Source: Anaerolineae bacterium
Lineage (GTDB): Bacteria > Chloroflexota > Anaerolineae > CG2-30-64-16
Direction of reading: 5' to 3'
Length of the DNA: 64,000 nt
Assembly: GCA_034434235.1 (NCBI GenBank)
Contig: DAOTZV010000182.1
Span: 10,713-74,712 of the forward strand
Below are positions 44,848 to 54,891 of this stretch, piece after piece. The notes under the pieces are model-generated. The model was given only the letters and a program-made list of their open reading frames with translations, did no database searches and had not been told where the DNA came from. Position 1 is the stretch's first letter. Every line of letters begins with the position of its first letter. Both the position numbers and the translations under genes were made by a program.

Positions 44848-45846
44848 CTACGCGATCTTGCCCAGATCAAGGGGCACGCTGTTCAGCAGATCGGCGATGA
44901 TCTTGCCCGCGGTGCGGCCGCGCAGCGAGCTTTCCGGGTGCACCAGGCAACGGTGCGCCAGACAGAACGGCGCCAGCTTCTTGACGTCGTCCGGCAACAC
45001 GTAATCGCGGCCGTGGATCAGCGCCCACGCCTGGCTGGCCTTGTAGAGCGCCAGGCTCCCGCGCGGACTGGCGCCGAGCAGCAGATCGGGCTGGGAACGG
45101 GTGGCCTGCACCAGGCGCACGATGTAATCGCGCACGGTGTCGTCCACGTGCACGTCCCACACCTGCCGCGCCAGCTCGGGCAATTGCGTGCCGTCCACCA
45201 CCGGCTTCAGCGTCTCGATGGGGTGCTGTTGGCGCAGGTTGAGCAGCATCCGGCTCTCGGTCGCCGCGTCCAGATAGCCCAGCTTCAGCTTGAACAGAAA
45301 ACGGTCCAGTTGCGCCTCGGGCAACGGAAAGGTGCCCTCGTATTCCACCGGATTTTGGGTCGCCAGCACGATGAAGGGCCGGCTGAGCGGTCGGGTCACG
45401 CCGTCCACGGTGATCTGGCGCTCGCCCATGCACTCGAGGAGGGCCGCCTGGGTGCGCGGGGTGGCGCGATTGATCTCGTCGGCCAGGAGGACGTTGGCGA
45501 AGGCCGGCCCCGGGATGAACTCGAAGCGGCCCGCCGACTGGTTGTACACCGACACGCCGGTCACATCGTTGGGCAACAGGTCGGGGGTGCACTGGAGGCG
45601 CTTGAAGGTGACCCCCAACGAGATGGCCAGCGCCCGCGCGAGCATCGTCTTGCCCACGCCCGGCACATCCTCGATGAGCACGTGGCCTTCGCACAGCAGC
45701 GCGGCGAGCAGCAATTCAATGGCTTCTCGCTGCCCGACGATGACCTTCTCGATGTTGGCCACGATCTTTTCGCTGAAAGTCTGGATCGTATCCACCGAAC
45801 GCTCCCGCCACAGGGATTGGCTCGCACGCGTCAGATTGTACCACAC
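44848..45846 (-). CDS. MoxR-family AAA+ ATPase
   Basis: [48 protein letters not shown]. Confidence 0.9.
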   Translation of the reverse strand: MWYNLTRASQSLWRERSVDTIQTFSEKIVANIEKVIVGQREAIELLLAALLCEGHVLIEDVPGVGKTMLARALAISLGVTFKRLQCTPDLLPNDVTGVSVYNQSAGRFEFIPGPAFANVLLADEINRATPRTQAALLECMGERQITVDGVTRPLSRPFIVLATQNPVEYEGTFPLPEAQLDRFLFKLKLGYLDAATESRMLLNLRQQHPIETLKPVVDGTQLPELARQVWDVHVDDTVRDYIVRLVQATRSQPDLLLGASPRGSLALYKASQAWALIHGRDYVLPDDVKKLAPFCLAHRCLVHPESSLRGRTAGKIIADLLNSVPLDLGKIA

Positions 45847-45904
45847 CCGGCGGGCCGCGACAAGCGTTTTGTGGTATACTCAGACATCACGATTTCGTCA
45901 TCCA

Positions 45905-45936
45905 CGTGCCTGGCACTTCCGGAAGTGCCAGGCACG
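45905..45936. repeat. REP-like palindrome, family 2, upstream of the moxR cluster
   Basis: CGTGCCTGGCAC-TTCCGGAA-GTGCCAGGCACG. Confidence 0.7.
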
Positions 45937-45969
45937 TTCGGGAGATACCGGCGACACTCCTATTCGTTT

Positions 45970-46043
45970 CTGCTCCAAGCCGGTCTGTGACCGGCGGTCG
46001 GGGGTCACAGACCCCCTCTGAGCTTGAATCTGTGATCTACTGA
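45970..46043. repeat. Second (inverted, partial) copy of the 74-bp core of the MITE-like element, flanked by ~26-bp imperfect direct repeats
   Basis: Exact reverse complement of 14894-14967. Flanks GATACCGGCGACACTCCTATTCGTTTC (45944-45970) and GATACTGGCGACACTCCTATCTGTTCG (46042-46068). Confidence 0.85.
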
Positions 46044-46079
46044 TACTGGCGACACTCCTATCTGTTCGCGGAGGCCGAG

Positions 46080-46421
46080 ATGGCTCGCATTGTCTATTCG
46101 ACCGATCCCGATCCGGTTGTCCTGTGTCCGCGCTGCGGCCGCTCGCCGTGCGTGTGTCGGCAGATCAACCTGCCGCCGCACCAGCAGACCGCCTACATCA
46201 AGCGGGATCGCAAGGGTCGTGCCGGCAAGACCGTCACGGTGATCTACGGCCTGCAGCATACGCCGGCCGCCTTCAAGGAGCTATTGGTTGCGCTGAAGGA
46301 GACCTGCGGCGCCGGCGGCACGCTCAAGGAGAACGAGCTGGAGATCCAGGGCGATCAGCGGGAGAAGGTGGCCGCAAAGCTGAAGGCGCTGGGCTACAAG
46401 GTGAAGCTGGTGGGCGGCTGA
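46080..46421 (+). CDS. SUI1/YciH-family translation initiation factor
   Basis: 113 aa. N-terminal Cys cluster, then SUI1 fold (GRAGKTVTVI...TCGAGGTLKENELEIQGDQREKV). Confidence 0.8.
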   Translation: MARIVYSTDPDPVVLCPRCGRSPCVCRQINLPPHQQTAYIKRDRKGRAGKTVTVIYGLQHTPAAFKELLVALKETCGAGGTLKENELEIQGDQREKVAAKLKALGYKVKLVGG

Positions 46422-46479
46422 AGCGGTCGCTTCCCCGCGTCTACGGCGCCCCGCCAGCACATGCCGCCGCGAAGCCGCC

Positions 46480-46710
46480 CTATTCGCCGGCCCAGCGCTC
46501 CATCAGCGTCAGGATCAGCCACAGCAGGCCGAACAACCCCGAACCCGCCAGCAGACACGTCAGGCCCAGGATCAGCGCGCTGCTGCCGTAGATTGCCGCA
46601 ATCAGCGCGCCCCCCACCCCCACCAGGAAGATCACGACCGCCAGGGCCAGGTTGCGGTCGTTCTTGCGGCGAAACGCGCGGTAGTCCGTCGGCGGACGCA
46701 CAGAGGACAT
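46480..46710 (-). CDS. Small hypothetical membrane protein (2 TM)
   Basis: 76 aa, two hydrophobic helices, GGGAG RBS. Confidence 0.45.
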   Translation of the reverse strand: MSSVRPPTDYRAFRRKNDRNLALAVVIFLVGVGGALIAAIYGSSALILGLTCLLAGSGLFGLLWLILTLMERWAGE

Positions 46711-46801
46711 GATCTTTCTCCCGTTATCCGTTCCTATCCGTTACCCCGTTGCGATTATACCACCGTTCCACCGCGCGGCGCACTTATGGTACAATAAGCC
46801 C

Positions 46802-49111
46802 ATGCAGAAGTCCGAGAGCCTTTTCGACGCGCGGCGCGCCGAGCTGACCGAGAAAGAAGCGCCCCTGGCCGCGCGCATGCGGCCACGCACCCTGGACGAA
46901 TTCATCGGCCAGGAGCACATCGTGGGGCCGGGGCGATTGCTGCGTCGCGCCATCCAGGCCGACCAGCTCAGCTCGATCATCTTCTACGGGCCGCCCGGCA
47001 CCGGCAAGACGACCCTGGCGCGCATCATCGCCAACACCACGCGGGCGCACTTCATCGCCATCAACGCGGTGCTCGCCGGCGTGGCCGACATCCGCAACGC
47101 CATCGCCGAGGCCCAGGAGCGCCGCGGCCAGTTCGGCCAGCGCACCATCCTCTTCGTGGATGAAGTGCATCGTTTCAACAAAGCCCAACAGGACGCCCTG
47201 TTGCCGTGGGTCGAGAACGGCACCGTCATCCTGATCGGCGCGACGACCGAAAACCCCTACTTCGAGGTGAACAAGGCCCTGGTGAGCCGGAGCCGCATCT
47301 TCCAGCTCAAGCCGCTCACCAAAGAGGACCTCTATGCCGTGGCGCGGCAGGCGCTGAGCGATCCCGAACGCGGCTACGGCCGGCTCAAGGTGCAGATTGA
47401 CGACGACGCGCTGGAGCACCTGGTGGATGTGGCCAACGGCGACGCCCGCGGGGTGCTCAACGCGCTCGAGCTGGCCGTCGAAACCACTCCGCCCGGCCCC
47501 GACGGCGTGATCCACGTGGATCTGGCCGTGGCCGAAGAGAGCATCCAGCGCCGCGCCGTGCTCTACGACAAGGAAGGGGACGTCCACTACGACACGATCA
47601 GCGCGTTCATCAAGAGCCTGCGCGGGTCCGATCCCGACGCGGCCCTCTACTGGATGGCGCGCATGGTCTACGCGGGCGAGGATCCCCGCTTCATCTTCCG
47701 GCGCATGATGATCCTGGCGGCCGAAGACATCGGCCTGGCCGATCCGAACGCGCTCCAGGTGGTGGTGGCGGCCGCGCAGGCGTTCGACTACGTGGGGATG
47801 CCCGAGGGCCGCTTTCACCTGGCCGAGGCCGCGCTCTATCTGGCCACCGCACCCAAGAGCAACTCGACGATGGCCTTCTTCGACGCGCTCCAGACGGTGG
47901 AGAACGAGCAAGAGGCCGAGGTGCCCGCGCACTTGCGCGACGCCAGCCGCGACCGCGAGGGCTTCGGCCACGGCGAGGGGTACCTGTATCCCCACGCCTG
48001 GCGCGATCACTGGGTGGCGCAACAGTACCTGCCCGACGCGCTCCAGGGTCGCGTCTTTTATCAGCCGGGCGCGTTGGGCTACGAGGCCAGGGTCAAGGCC
48101 GAGGTCGAGCGCCGTCGCGAGGCGCAACTGGCCGCCATGTTGGAGGGCGGCGCGGGGTTCGGCGCCACCGAGACCCTCACCTTCACGGGCGAGCTGGCCC
48201 GCGGCGACCGCGATCGCTGGCTACAACGCGCCATCGGCGGCGCGGGCGAGCGGTTGGCCGCGTTGCGCGATCGCGTGCTCGACGCGGCCCGGCTCCAGCG
48301 CCATCACCTGGTGCTCGACGTGAACGCCGGCAGCGGGCTGCTCACCTGGGAGGCGTTGCGCCGCGTGCCGGAAGGCGGGGTATGGGCTTTGACCGCCACC
48401 GCCGCGGAGGCCGACGCCCTGCGCGAGATCGCCGCCCGGCTGCCGCCGATCGAGCGGCCGGCCGTCCTGCAAGGCGCGCTCGTCGAGCTGCCGGATCTGC
48501 TGGCCCTGCGCGGAGAGGGCGACGTCCGCTTCGATGCCATCGTCGGCCGCGGCGTCGTCGCCTTCTACCACCGCGGCCGCGGCGCCGCGTCGCGCGGCGA
48601 TCCGGGCCGCGGCGCCGATCACCTGTCGCACATCGCCCGCCTCCTCGCCGGCCTCCTGCACGCCGGCGGGGTGATCAGCCTGGCGGAGCCGGTGCCGCGC
48701 CATACCCAGCGCCTCTACGCGCTCGTGGATCTCTCGTCGCTGGGCGATGACCTGGCGGCCCGGGTGCGCGCGGCCGAAGAGGCGATCTACGCCGCAGCCG
48801 ACGATCCGCTGGTCAACTGGGCCGAGGCGGATCTGGCCGACGCGTTGCGCGCGGCCGGCCTGGCCGACGTAACGGTCGAGGCGGTGGAGTCCACGGCCGA
48901 CATGCGCATCGGCCCGGCCCTGCTCGACCGCTGGTTCACGCCCGCGGCCGCGGATGCCCGGCCCGCCTACGTGCAACATCTGGCCGGCCACCTGAGCGCC
49001 GATGAGATCGCCGATGTAGAGGCGCTCTATCGCCGCAAGCTCACCGGCGCCACCGTGCCCTGGCGTTCGGTGACCGCCTATCTGGTCGCCAGAGCCACAC
49101 ATCCATCGTAA
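46802..49111 (+). CDS. rarA: Replication-associated recombination protein A (RarA/MgsA) fused to a C-terminal class-I SAM-methyltransferase-like domain
   Basis: N-terminal ~440 aa is a complete RarA ([23 protein letters not shown], MgsA C-terminal helical domain). It continues in-frame for ~330 aa containing [13 protein letters not shown] (methyltransferase motif I). Confidence 0.8.
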   Translation: MQKSESLFDARRAELTEKEAPLAARMRPRTLDEFIGQEHIVGPGRLLRRAIQADQLSSIIFYGPPGTGKTTLARIIANTTRAHFIAINAVLAGVADIRNAIAEAQERRGQFGQRTILFVDEVHRFNKAQQDALLPWVENGTVILIGATTENPYFEVNKALVSRSRIFQLKPLTKEDLYAVARQALSDPERGYGRLKVQIDDDALEHLVDVANGDARGVLNALELAVETTPPGPDGVIHVDLAVAEESIQRRAVLYDKEGDVHYDTISAFIKSLRGSDPDAALYWMARMVYAGEDPRFIFRRMMILAAEDIGLADPNALQVVVAAAQAFDYVGMPEGRFHLAEAALYLATAPKSNSTMAFFDALQTVENEQEAEVPAHLRDASRDREGFGHGEGYLYPHAWRDHWVAQQYLPDALQGRVFYQPGALGYEARVKAEVERRREAQLAAMLEGGAGFGATETLTFTGELARGDRDRWLQRAIGGAGERLAALRDRVLDAARLQRHHLVLDVNAGSGLLTWEALRRVPEGGVWALTATAAEADALREIAARLPPIERPAVLQGALVELPDLLALRGEGDVRFDAIVGRGVVAFYHRGRGAASRGDPGRGADHLSHIARLLAGLLHAGGVISLAEPVPRHTQRLYALVDLSSLGDDLAARVRAAEEAIYAAADDPLVNWAEADLADALRAAGLADVTVEAVESTADMRIGPALLDRWFTPAAADARPAYVQHLAGHLSADEIADVEALYRRKLTGATVPWRSVTAYLVARATHPS

Positions 49112-49130
49112 CACAAGCCTCCGGCTTGTG
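49112..49130. repeat. Palindrome, family 1, immediately after the rarA-fusion stop
   Basis: CACAAGCC-TCC-GGCTTGTG. Confidence 0.7.
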
Positions 49131-49192
49131 ATGCAAAAGCGGCATCACCATGCCGCAATCCAAAGATGCCGCAATCCAAAGCAGGGACGATC

Positions 49193-50158
49193 ATGACCGA
49201 CTGTCTGGTGTTGGGCGCGACGGGTTTCATCGGCGGCCAGGTGGCGCGCGCCGCGCTGAGCCGCGGGTGGCGGGTGGCCGGCCTGCGCCGCCGGCCTGCG
49301 GCGACCGGCGACCTGGGGGATGCGGCCATCACCTGGCTTCAGGGCAATCTCGACGACCCCGAAAGCCTGGCGAACGCCATGCGCGGCCGGGCCGTAGTGT
49401 TCCACTGCGCGGGCGCGTATCCGCACAATCCCCGCACCATGGCGCGCGACCTCGGCCGGGCCGTCGCGCAGATGCGCAACGTCCTGGCCGCGGCGCGGCG
49501 CGCGGGCGTCGAGCGGCTGGTCTATACCAGCTCCTACACCACGATCGGCCGGCCGCGCGAGCCGGGCCGCCTGGCCGACGAACGCGACTTCTACGTCCCC
49601 GGCTCGACCCGCGACCCGTACTACGAAACCAAATGGGCCATGGAGGCCGAGGCGCTGGCCGCCGCGCGCGCGGGCCTGCCGGTGGTGGTGCTGTGTCCGG
49701 TGGCGGTCTTCGGCCCGGGCGATGTCCACATGTCGGTCAGCGGGCCGCTGCTGATGGCCGCGCGGGGCCGGTTGCCCGTCTATCCCGACGCCACCCTCGG
49801 CGTGATTGACGTGCGCGATGCCGCGGCCGGCCACATCGCCGCGGCCGAGCGCGGCCCGGCTGGCGAACGCTTCATCCTCAGCGCGCACAACGTCACCCTG
49901 TACGATGTGTTCGCCGAAATGGCCCGCGCGGCCGGCGTCCGGCCCCCGCGGATCAGGCTCGGCCCCCGGCTCCTGGCCATAGCCGCCGCCATCGGCCAGC
50001 TCGCGCCGGGCGGCCAGGCCAGCTTCCTGAAGACCGTCCCCCTCTGGCAGCCGGTCAACAACGCCAAAGCAGTGGCCGTGCTGGGCTTGACAACCCGGCC
50101 CCTCTCGGAGACAATGGCCGATACATTGACCTGGTTTCGTGCACGAGGATACCTGTGA
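49193..50158 (+). CDS. NAD-dependent epimerase/dehydratase (extended SDR)
   Basis: VLGATGFIGG Rossmann motif, YxxxK region (YYETKWAME). Confidence 0.8.
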   Translation: MTDCLVLGATGFIGGQVARAALSRGWRVAGLRRRPAATGDLGDAAITWLQGNLDDPESLANAMRGRAVVFHCAGAYPHNPRTMARDLGRAVAQMRNVLAAARRAGVERLVYTSSYTTIGRPREPGRLADERDFYVPGSTRDPYYETKWAMEAEALAAARAGLPVVVLCPVAVFGPGDVHMSVSGPLLMAARGRLPVYPDATLGVIDVRDAAAGHIAAAERGPAGERFILSAHNVTLYDVFAEMARAAGVRPPRIRLGPRLLAIAAAIGQLAPGGQASFLKTVPLWQPVNNAKAVAVLGLTTRPLSETMADTLTWFRARGYL

Positions 50159-50538
50159 GCCCGCTGCGACTATCGCCCGAAGACTTCGAGGCGCTGGTGG
50201 CCGAGGCCGTGGACGCGCTGCCGGACGTCTTCCTCGAGATGCTCGACAACGTGGATATCGTCGTGGAAGACTGGCCCGATCGCCGCACGATGGCCCTGGC
50301 CGGCGCCGCATCGCGCTACGACCTTCTCGGCTTCTATCACGGCGTGCCGCAGACCGCCCGGCCGCACGACTACGGCAATGTGGCGCCGGACAAAATCAGC
50401 ATCTATCAACGTCCGATCGAGGCGCAATGTCGCACGCTGGACGAAGTGCGCGATCTGGTCGGCCGCGTGGTGCGCCACGAGATCGCCCATCACTTCGGCA
50501 TAGACGACGACCGCCTGCGGGAGATCGGCGCATACTGA
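50155..50538 (+). CDS. Zincin-like metallopeptidase-fold protein (DUF1025-type)
   Basis: HEIAHHFG HExxH motif. GTG start overlapping the previous stop (GTGA). Confidence 0.6.
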   Translation: MSPLRLSPEDFEALVAEAVDALPDVFLEMLDNVDIVVEDWPDRRTMALAGAASRYDLLGFYHGVPQTARPHDYGNVAPDKISIYQRPIEAQCRTLDEVRDLVGRVVRHEIAHHFGIDDDRLREIGAY

Positions 50539-50558
50539 CCTGAAAACAGCGCGCCGGA

Positions 50559-50590
50559 CGTGCCAGGCACCTTGGAGGGTGCCTGGCACG
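50559..50590. repeat. REP-like palindrome, family 2
   Basis: CGTGCCAGGCACC-TTGGAGG-GTGCCTGGCACG, between the metallopeptidase-like gene and the FAD oxidase. Confidence 0.7.
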
Positions 50591-50626
50591 TGAAGCGCCG
50601 GCCATTTTCATCATGCAAGGAAGACC

Positions 50627-52081
50627 ATGACACCGTACAATCCCGTCACGCCCTCCATCGTCGAACGACTGGCCGCCATCGTCGGCCCGCAAAACCTGAT
50701 CTATGCCGACCCGGAGCGGATGCTCGACTACGCGCACGATGAATCGTTCGAGAACGAACACTACATGCCCGAAGTGGTGGTCAAGCCGGCCACCGCTCGA
50801 GAGGTGGCCGCCATCATGCGCCTGGCCAATCGAGAGCTCATTCCGGTTACCCCGCGCGGGGCCGGCTCGGGGCTATCGGGCGGCGCGGTGCCGATCTTCG
50901 GCGGCATCCTCCTCTCGGTCGAGCGGATGAACCGCATCCTGGAGATAGACTTGAAGAACCTGGTCGCGGTCGTCGAGCCCGGGGTGATCACCAACGAGCT
51001 GAGCGAGGCGGTGCGGGCGCATGGCCTCTTCTACGCCGGCTATCCGATGAGCGTGGAGCTGTGTTACATCGGCGGCAACGTGGCCGAGAACGCCGGCGGC
51101 GGCCGGGCCATCAAATACGGCGTGACGGGCCGTTATGTTCTGGGGCTGGAGGTGGTGTTGCCGACGGGCGATATCGTGCAGTTGGGCGGCAAGCGGCTGA
51201 AGGACGTAACCGGCTACGACCTGGTGCACCTGATGGTCGGCTCGGAGGGGACGCTGGGGATCTTCACCAAGATCATCTTGCGCCTGTTGCCGGCGCCGGC
51301 CGCCAGCGCGGTGCTCCTGGCGCCGTTCGACGATCCCTACATCGCCATCCACGCGGTGCCGCGCATCATCCAACAGGGCCACCTGATCCCCTCGGCGGTG
51401 GAGTTCATGGACTATGCCGCCATGAAGCTGGCGTATGAGTATACGCAGGAGAAGCTGCCGCACCGCGCGGCCCGGGCGCTGCTGCTGGTGGAGGTAGATG
51501 GCTACACCGCGTCCGATGTCGAGGCGCAACTGGAGACCCTGGCCCGACTGTTGAACGAGGCGGGCGCGCTGGACATTTACGTGGGCAACACGCCCGATCT
51601 GGCCCGCAAGATGTGGCGGCCGCGGCAGAAGATCGGCGATGCGTTCAGCTCGCTGGCCGTGGAACAATTGGACGAGGACATGGTGGTGCCGCTGTCGGAG
51701 ATCCCGGAGCTGTTGCCCAAAGTTGAAGAGCTCGCGGCCCGCCACCACATGAAGCCGTTCTGCTTCGGCCACGTGGCCGACGGCAACATGCACCTGCACA
51801 CCATCGCCGAGCCCGGAGTCGGCCGCGAGGAATGGCGCGCGGCCTGTCGGGCGTTCCTCACCGAGCTGTACACGCTGGTCGTCGGCCTGGGCGGCACGAT
51901 CACCGGCGAGCACGGCATCGGCTCGAAGCGCGCGGCCTACCTGCCCATCGCGCTCGACCCGACCTCGATCGCGCTGCACCGGCGCATCAAGGCGGCCTTC
52001 GATCCGTTGAACATCCTCAATCCGGGCAAGATCATCAACGGCGTCACGGCTTCGGGGTGGACGCCAGGGGCGGACCGATGA
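50627..52081 (+). CDS. FAD-linked oxidase (GlcD / D-lactate dehydrogenase-like)
   Basis: FAD-binding PCMH domain (PRGAGSGLSGGAV), C-terminal FAD-oxidase_C domain with HVADGNMH. Confidence 0.85.
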   Translation: MTPYNPVTPSIVERLAAIVGPQNLIYADPERMLDYAHDESFENEHYMPEVVVKPATAREVAAIMRLANRELIPVTPRGAGSGLSGGAVPIFGGILLSVERMNRILEIDLKNLVAVVEPGVITNELSEAVRAHGLFYAGYPMSVELCYIGGNVAENAGGGRAIKYGVTGRYVLGLEVVLPTGDIVQLGGKRLKDVTGYDLVHLMVGSEGTLGIFTKIILRLLPAPAASAVLLAPFDDPYIAIHAVPRIIQQGHLIPSAVEFMDYAAMKLAYEYTQEKLPHRAARALLLVEVDGYTASDVEAQLETLARLLNEAGALDIYVGNTPDLARKMWRPRQKIGDAFSSLAVEQLDEDMVVPLSEIPELLPKVEELAARHHMKPFCFGHVADGNMHLHTIAEPGVGREEWRAACRAFLTELYTLVVGLGGTITGEHGIGSKRAAYLPIALDPTSIALHRRIKAAFDPLNILNPGKIINGVTASGWTPGADR

Positions 52082-53927
52082 TCGCATCGGCCGGCAAAGT
52101 GGCGCCTGGGCCGTACAGGAAGACCGACCGCCACGGCTGATACTTGCTGACGAAGCGATCTTCCGTGACCTTGCCGTCGCCGGTGCGGACGATGCGCCGG
52201 ACGACCACATCCTGGCCGTCCCTGGCCCATTCCACCTGCTTGATCGTCCCGCGCGGCAGGGAACTGTCTTCCTGATAGATCGGCGGCTCCGGCGGCCGCA
52301 CGTTGCTGATCTCCGGCTTGCTCAGCTCGACCGTGCGGTCGGGCCGCGTGCCGTAGAACGAGAAGGTGATCCGCCCCTTCGCCTTGTCCACTTCCGGCTT
52401 GATCAGCAGGAACGCGGATGTGTCGTTCTTGAAGCGCAGGTCAACGTTCGGCGTGTAGATCGTTGCATCCAGGCCGGGCTCGCCGTACCAGCTCACCACA
52501 TAGCCGTGCGCGTGGCGTTCGGTGATCGGGAAGCCGCCCTGCACCGCGGCCCGGAACACCGTGGTGGACACCTGGCACACGCCGCCGCCGATCCCCACGG
52601 CCGTCCGGTCGCCCCAGATGATCAACCCGTCAATGAAGCCGTTGGCCGCGCTGATGTCGCCGACGTAGCGGTTGAACGAGAATTCCTCGCCGGGCGGAAT
52701 GACGACTCCGACGAATTTCTGGGCCGCGGTGACGATATTGTGGACTCGCTCCGGGCTGGAACCGGCGAAATAGGTCGTGCCCTGGGTCACCAGCTCCTTG
52801 ATCCCCAGCGCGGCCGGGTCGCTGCTATCTACCCGTGGCCTGATCGGCTGCCAGGAGAGGGTCACGGTGGCCAGCGCATTCGGCGCCAGCTCGAGCAGGC
52901 CGGCCAACGTCTGCGAGATGGCGCGCGTGGCCGCCTCCACGTCGAGGGCCCGGCCGGGCCGGCTGGGCTTGAGCACGACGATCTGTTTGGCCGCCACGTC
53001 GTAATCCAAGGCCGCGTCCTGGGCCGGCCGATCGAATTGCTTCGCCAGCTCTTCCACATATGCCCGCACCCGGCCGGCCTCCACCTGGACATCCAGGTCG
53101 AGCGCGCTGTCGGGGCCCGGCCGCGGGACAAGCCTGAGCCACGTCCGCAGCGCGTCGCGGCCGACCGCTCGCGATGTGACCTCTTCCCCGGTTTGGATCG
53201 CCACCGTGAGCGGATGGCTCAACACGGCGTTCGCCTTTGCGGCGGCGGCCTCGGCCGACATCACGGCCGGCAACCGTTCCTCTACCGGCAACGAGACAAC
53301 GCCGCCCCTTCTGCTGCTCAGGAGCGAGAGCACGGCCGCGCGCGTCGCCTCCAGGTCCACCGTCCGGCCGGGCGCGCCGGCCACGGCGACGGCGCCGGCC
53401 TCGGTGATGCTCAGCGCGCCTTCGCGTGGGGCCTGATCAACCTCGCGGGCGATCTGTTTGAGCACGAGCGCCAGGCGATTTTCGTCCACCTGCAAGACGG
53501 GCGCGACCGGGTAGCCGTGGCGCCACGCCTGCCACTGGTCGGCCAGATCCTGGCGCAGGCCGTCCAGCGGCGAACCGCGCGCGGCGCCGCTGCGGCCCAC
53601 CCGATAGGCCGCGGTGGCCGTCGCGCGCGCATCCACCGCAACGCCCAGATCGGCCGGAGAGAAGGTCCACGAGCGCGTGCCGTAGCGCAAGGTGATTGCG
53701 GCGGAGGGCAGAAAGGTCGCCGTTCGATTGCGCAAGACGAGCGTGGCATCTTCGAGCGTCAGGCCACCGAGCGCCACGCCGGCCACTTCGACCCCCTCGT
53801 AGATGCGGCCGGCGTGGCGAAGTTGGTAGATGAAGGGCGCGGCGATCATCGCGGCCGCCGCCAGGCAGATCATCCACCAGGCGACGATCCATCCCCAGGA
53901 CCACTTCGAACGGATTCGACCGGCCAT
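52044..53927 (-). CDS. VanW-family protein with N-terminal membrane anchor
   Basis: TM segment, repeated PG-binding-like modules, C-terminal VanW domain (FSFNRYVGDISAANGF...GGGVCQVSTTVF). Confidence 0.75.
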   Translation of the reverse strand: MAGRIRSKWSWGWIVAWWMICLAAAAMIAAPFIYQLRHAGRIYEGVEVAGVALGGLTLEDATLVLRNRTATFLPSAAITLRYGTRSWTFSPADLGVAVDARATATAAYRVGRSGAARGSPLDGLRQDLADQWQAWRHGYPVAPVLQVDENRLALVLKQIAREVDQAPREGALSITEAGAVAVAGAPGRTVDLEATRAAVLSLLSSRRGGVVSLPVEERLPAVMSAEAAAAKANAVLSHPLTVAIQTGEEVTSRAVGRDALRTWLRLVPRPGPDSALDLDVQVEAGRVRAYVEELAKQFDRPAQDAALDYDVAAKQIVVLKPSRPGRALDVEAATRAISQTLAGLLELAPNALATVTLSWQPIRPRVDSSDPAALGIKELVTQGTTYFAGSSPERVHNIVTAAQKFVGVVIPPGEEFSFNRYVGDISAANGFIDGLIIWGDRTAVGIGGGVCQVSTTVFRAAVQGGFPITERHAHGYVVSWYGEPGLDATIYTPNVDLRFKNDTSAFLLIKPEVDKAKGRITFSFYGTRPDRTVELSKPEISNVRPPEPPIYQEDSSLPRGTIKQVEWARDGQDVVVRRIVRTGDGKVTEDRFVSKYQPWRSVFLYGPGATLPADAIIGPPLASTPKP

Positions 53928-54087
53928 CGCGCATCCATGTTGACAGGACGATGAAATCGTGCGATGATTGTAACAGACCGTCGGCGGATTGACAAGGCCG
54001 TCATGTAACCGTTCGCGCATTCGCTCATCTAATCAAGCGAGATGGGCAGATGCCCATCCTTTTTTTCCAAAGGAGGTTCATTATCCT

Positions 54088-54738
54088 ATGGCGCTCTTGA
54101 ACGACGCGATCCGCAAGGAAGTGCGACAGGCGCTGGCCGATCTGAAGGATCCGGTGACCTTGAAGGTCTTCACCCAGGCCTTCGAATGCCAGTATTGCAA
54201 GGAGACGCGCGAGCTGGTGGAGGAGGTTGCCGCGCTTTCCGATAAGCTCTCGGTCGAAGTCTACGATTTCGTCAAGGACAGCGACGTGGCTCAAAGCTAC
54301 GGCATAGACAAGGTGCCCGCGGTTGCCGTCATCGGCAAGAAGGACTACGGAGTCCGGCTCTACGGCATTCCGGCCGGCTACGAGTTCGGCTCGCTGATCG
54401 AAGATATCCGCATGGTATCGGAGGGGGATTCGGGGTTGACGCCGGAGACGCGGGCGGCCGTCGCCAAACTGACCAAACCGATCCGCATCCAGGTGTTCGT
54501 CACACCCACCTGCCCGTACTGCCCGCGAGCCGTGGTGCTCGCCCATCAACTGGCCATCGAGAGCGATCTGATCACGTCCGACATGGTCGAGGTAACCGAG
54601 TTCCCGCATCTGGGCCACAAGTACGACGTAATGGGGGTGCCGCGCACCGTCATAGACGAGACGATCCACATCGAGGGCGCCGTGCCCGAGCAGTGGTTGA
54701 TGCAGGAATTTCGCAAGGTGTTGACCTCCGCCTCGTAA
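54088..54738 (+). CDS. Protein-disulfide oxidoreductase with two thioredoxin-like folds
   Basis: Two CxxC motifs (CQYC and CPYC), ~216 aa. AAGGAGG RBS. Confidence 0.75.
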   Translation: MALLNDAIRKEVRQALADLKDPVTLKVFTQAFECQYCKETRELVEEVAALSDKLSVEVYDFVKDSDVAQSYGIDKVPAVAVIGKKDYGVRLYGIPAGYEFGSLIEDIRMVSEGDSGLTPETRAAVAKLTKPIRIQVFVTPTCPYCPRAVVLAHQLAIESDLITSDMVEVTEFPHLGHKYDVMGVPRTVIDETIHIEGAVPEQWLMQEFRKVLTSAS

Positions 54739-54891
54739 TGTCGAAACTGAGATAACGATCACTTGACGCGCCCAGAGGATTGAGCTACATTTGTACTATA
54801 GCGTCCGGCCTGGGCGCGTCGTGGTTTAAATCATGAGTTCGCGCAGCGATCACGAAGCATCCATCGTTGCGACTTCAGGGAGGAGGTTTCG

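Noticed and set aside
54764-54816. 9-bp inverted repeat (CGCGCCCAG...CTGGGCGCG) with a 32-nt loop upstream of citrate synthase, as possible terminator or operator
   Set aside because: The loop is too long for a typical terminator and there are no supporting repeats elsewhere in the window. Left unannotated, mentioned only as a weak candidate regulatory site.
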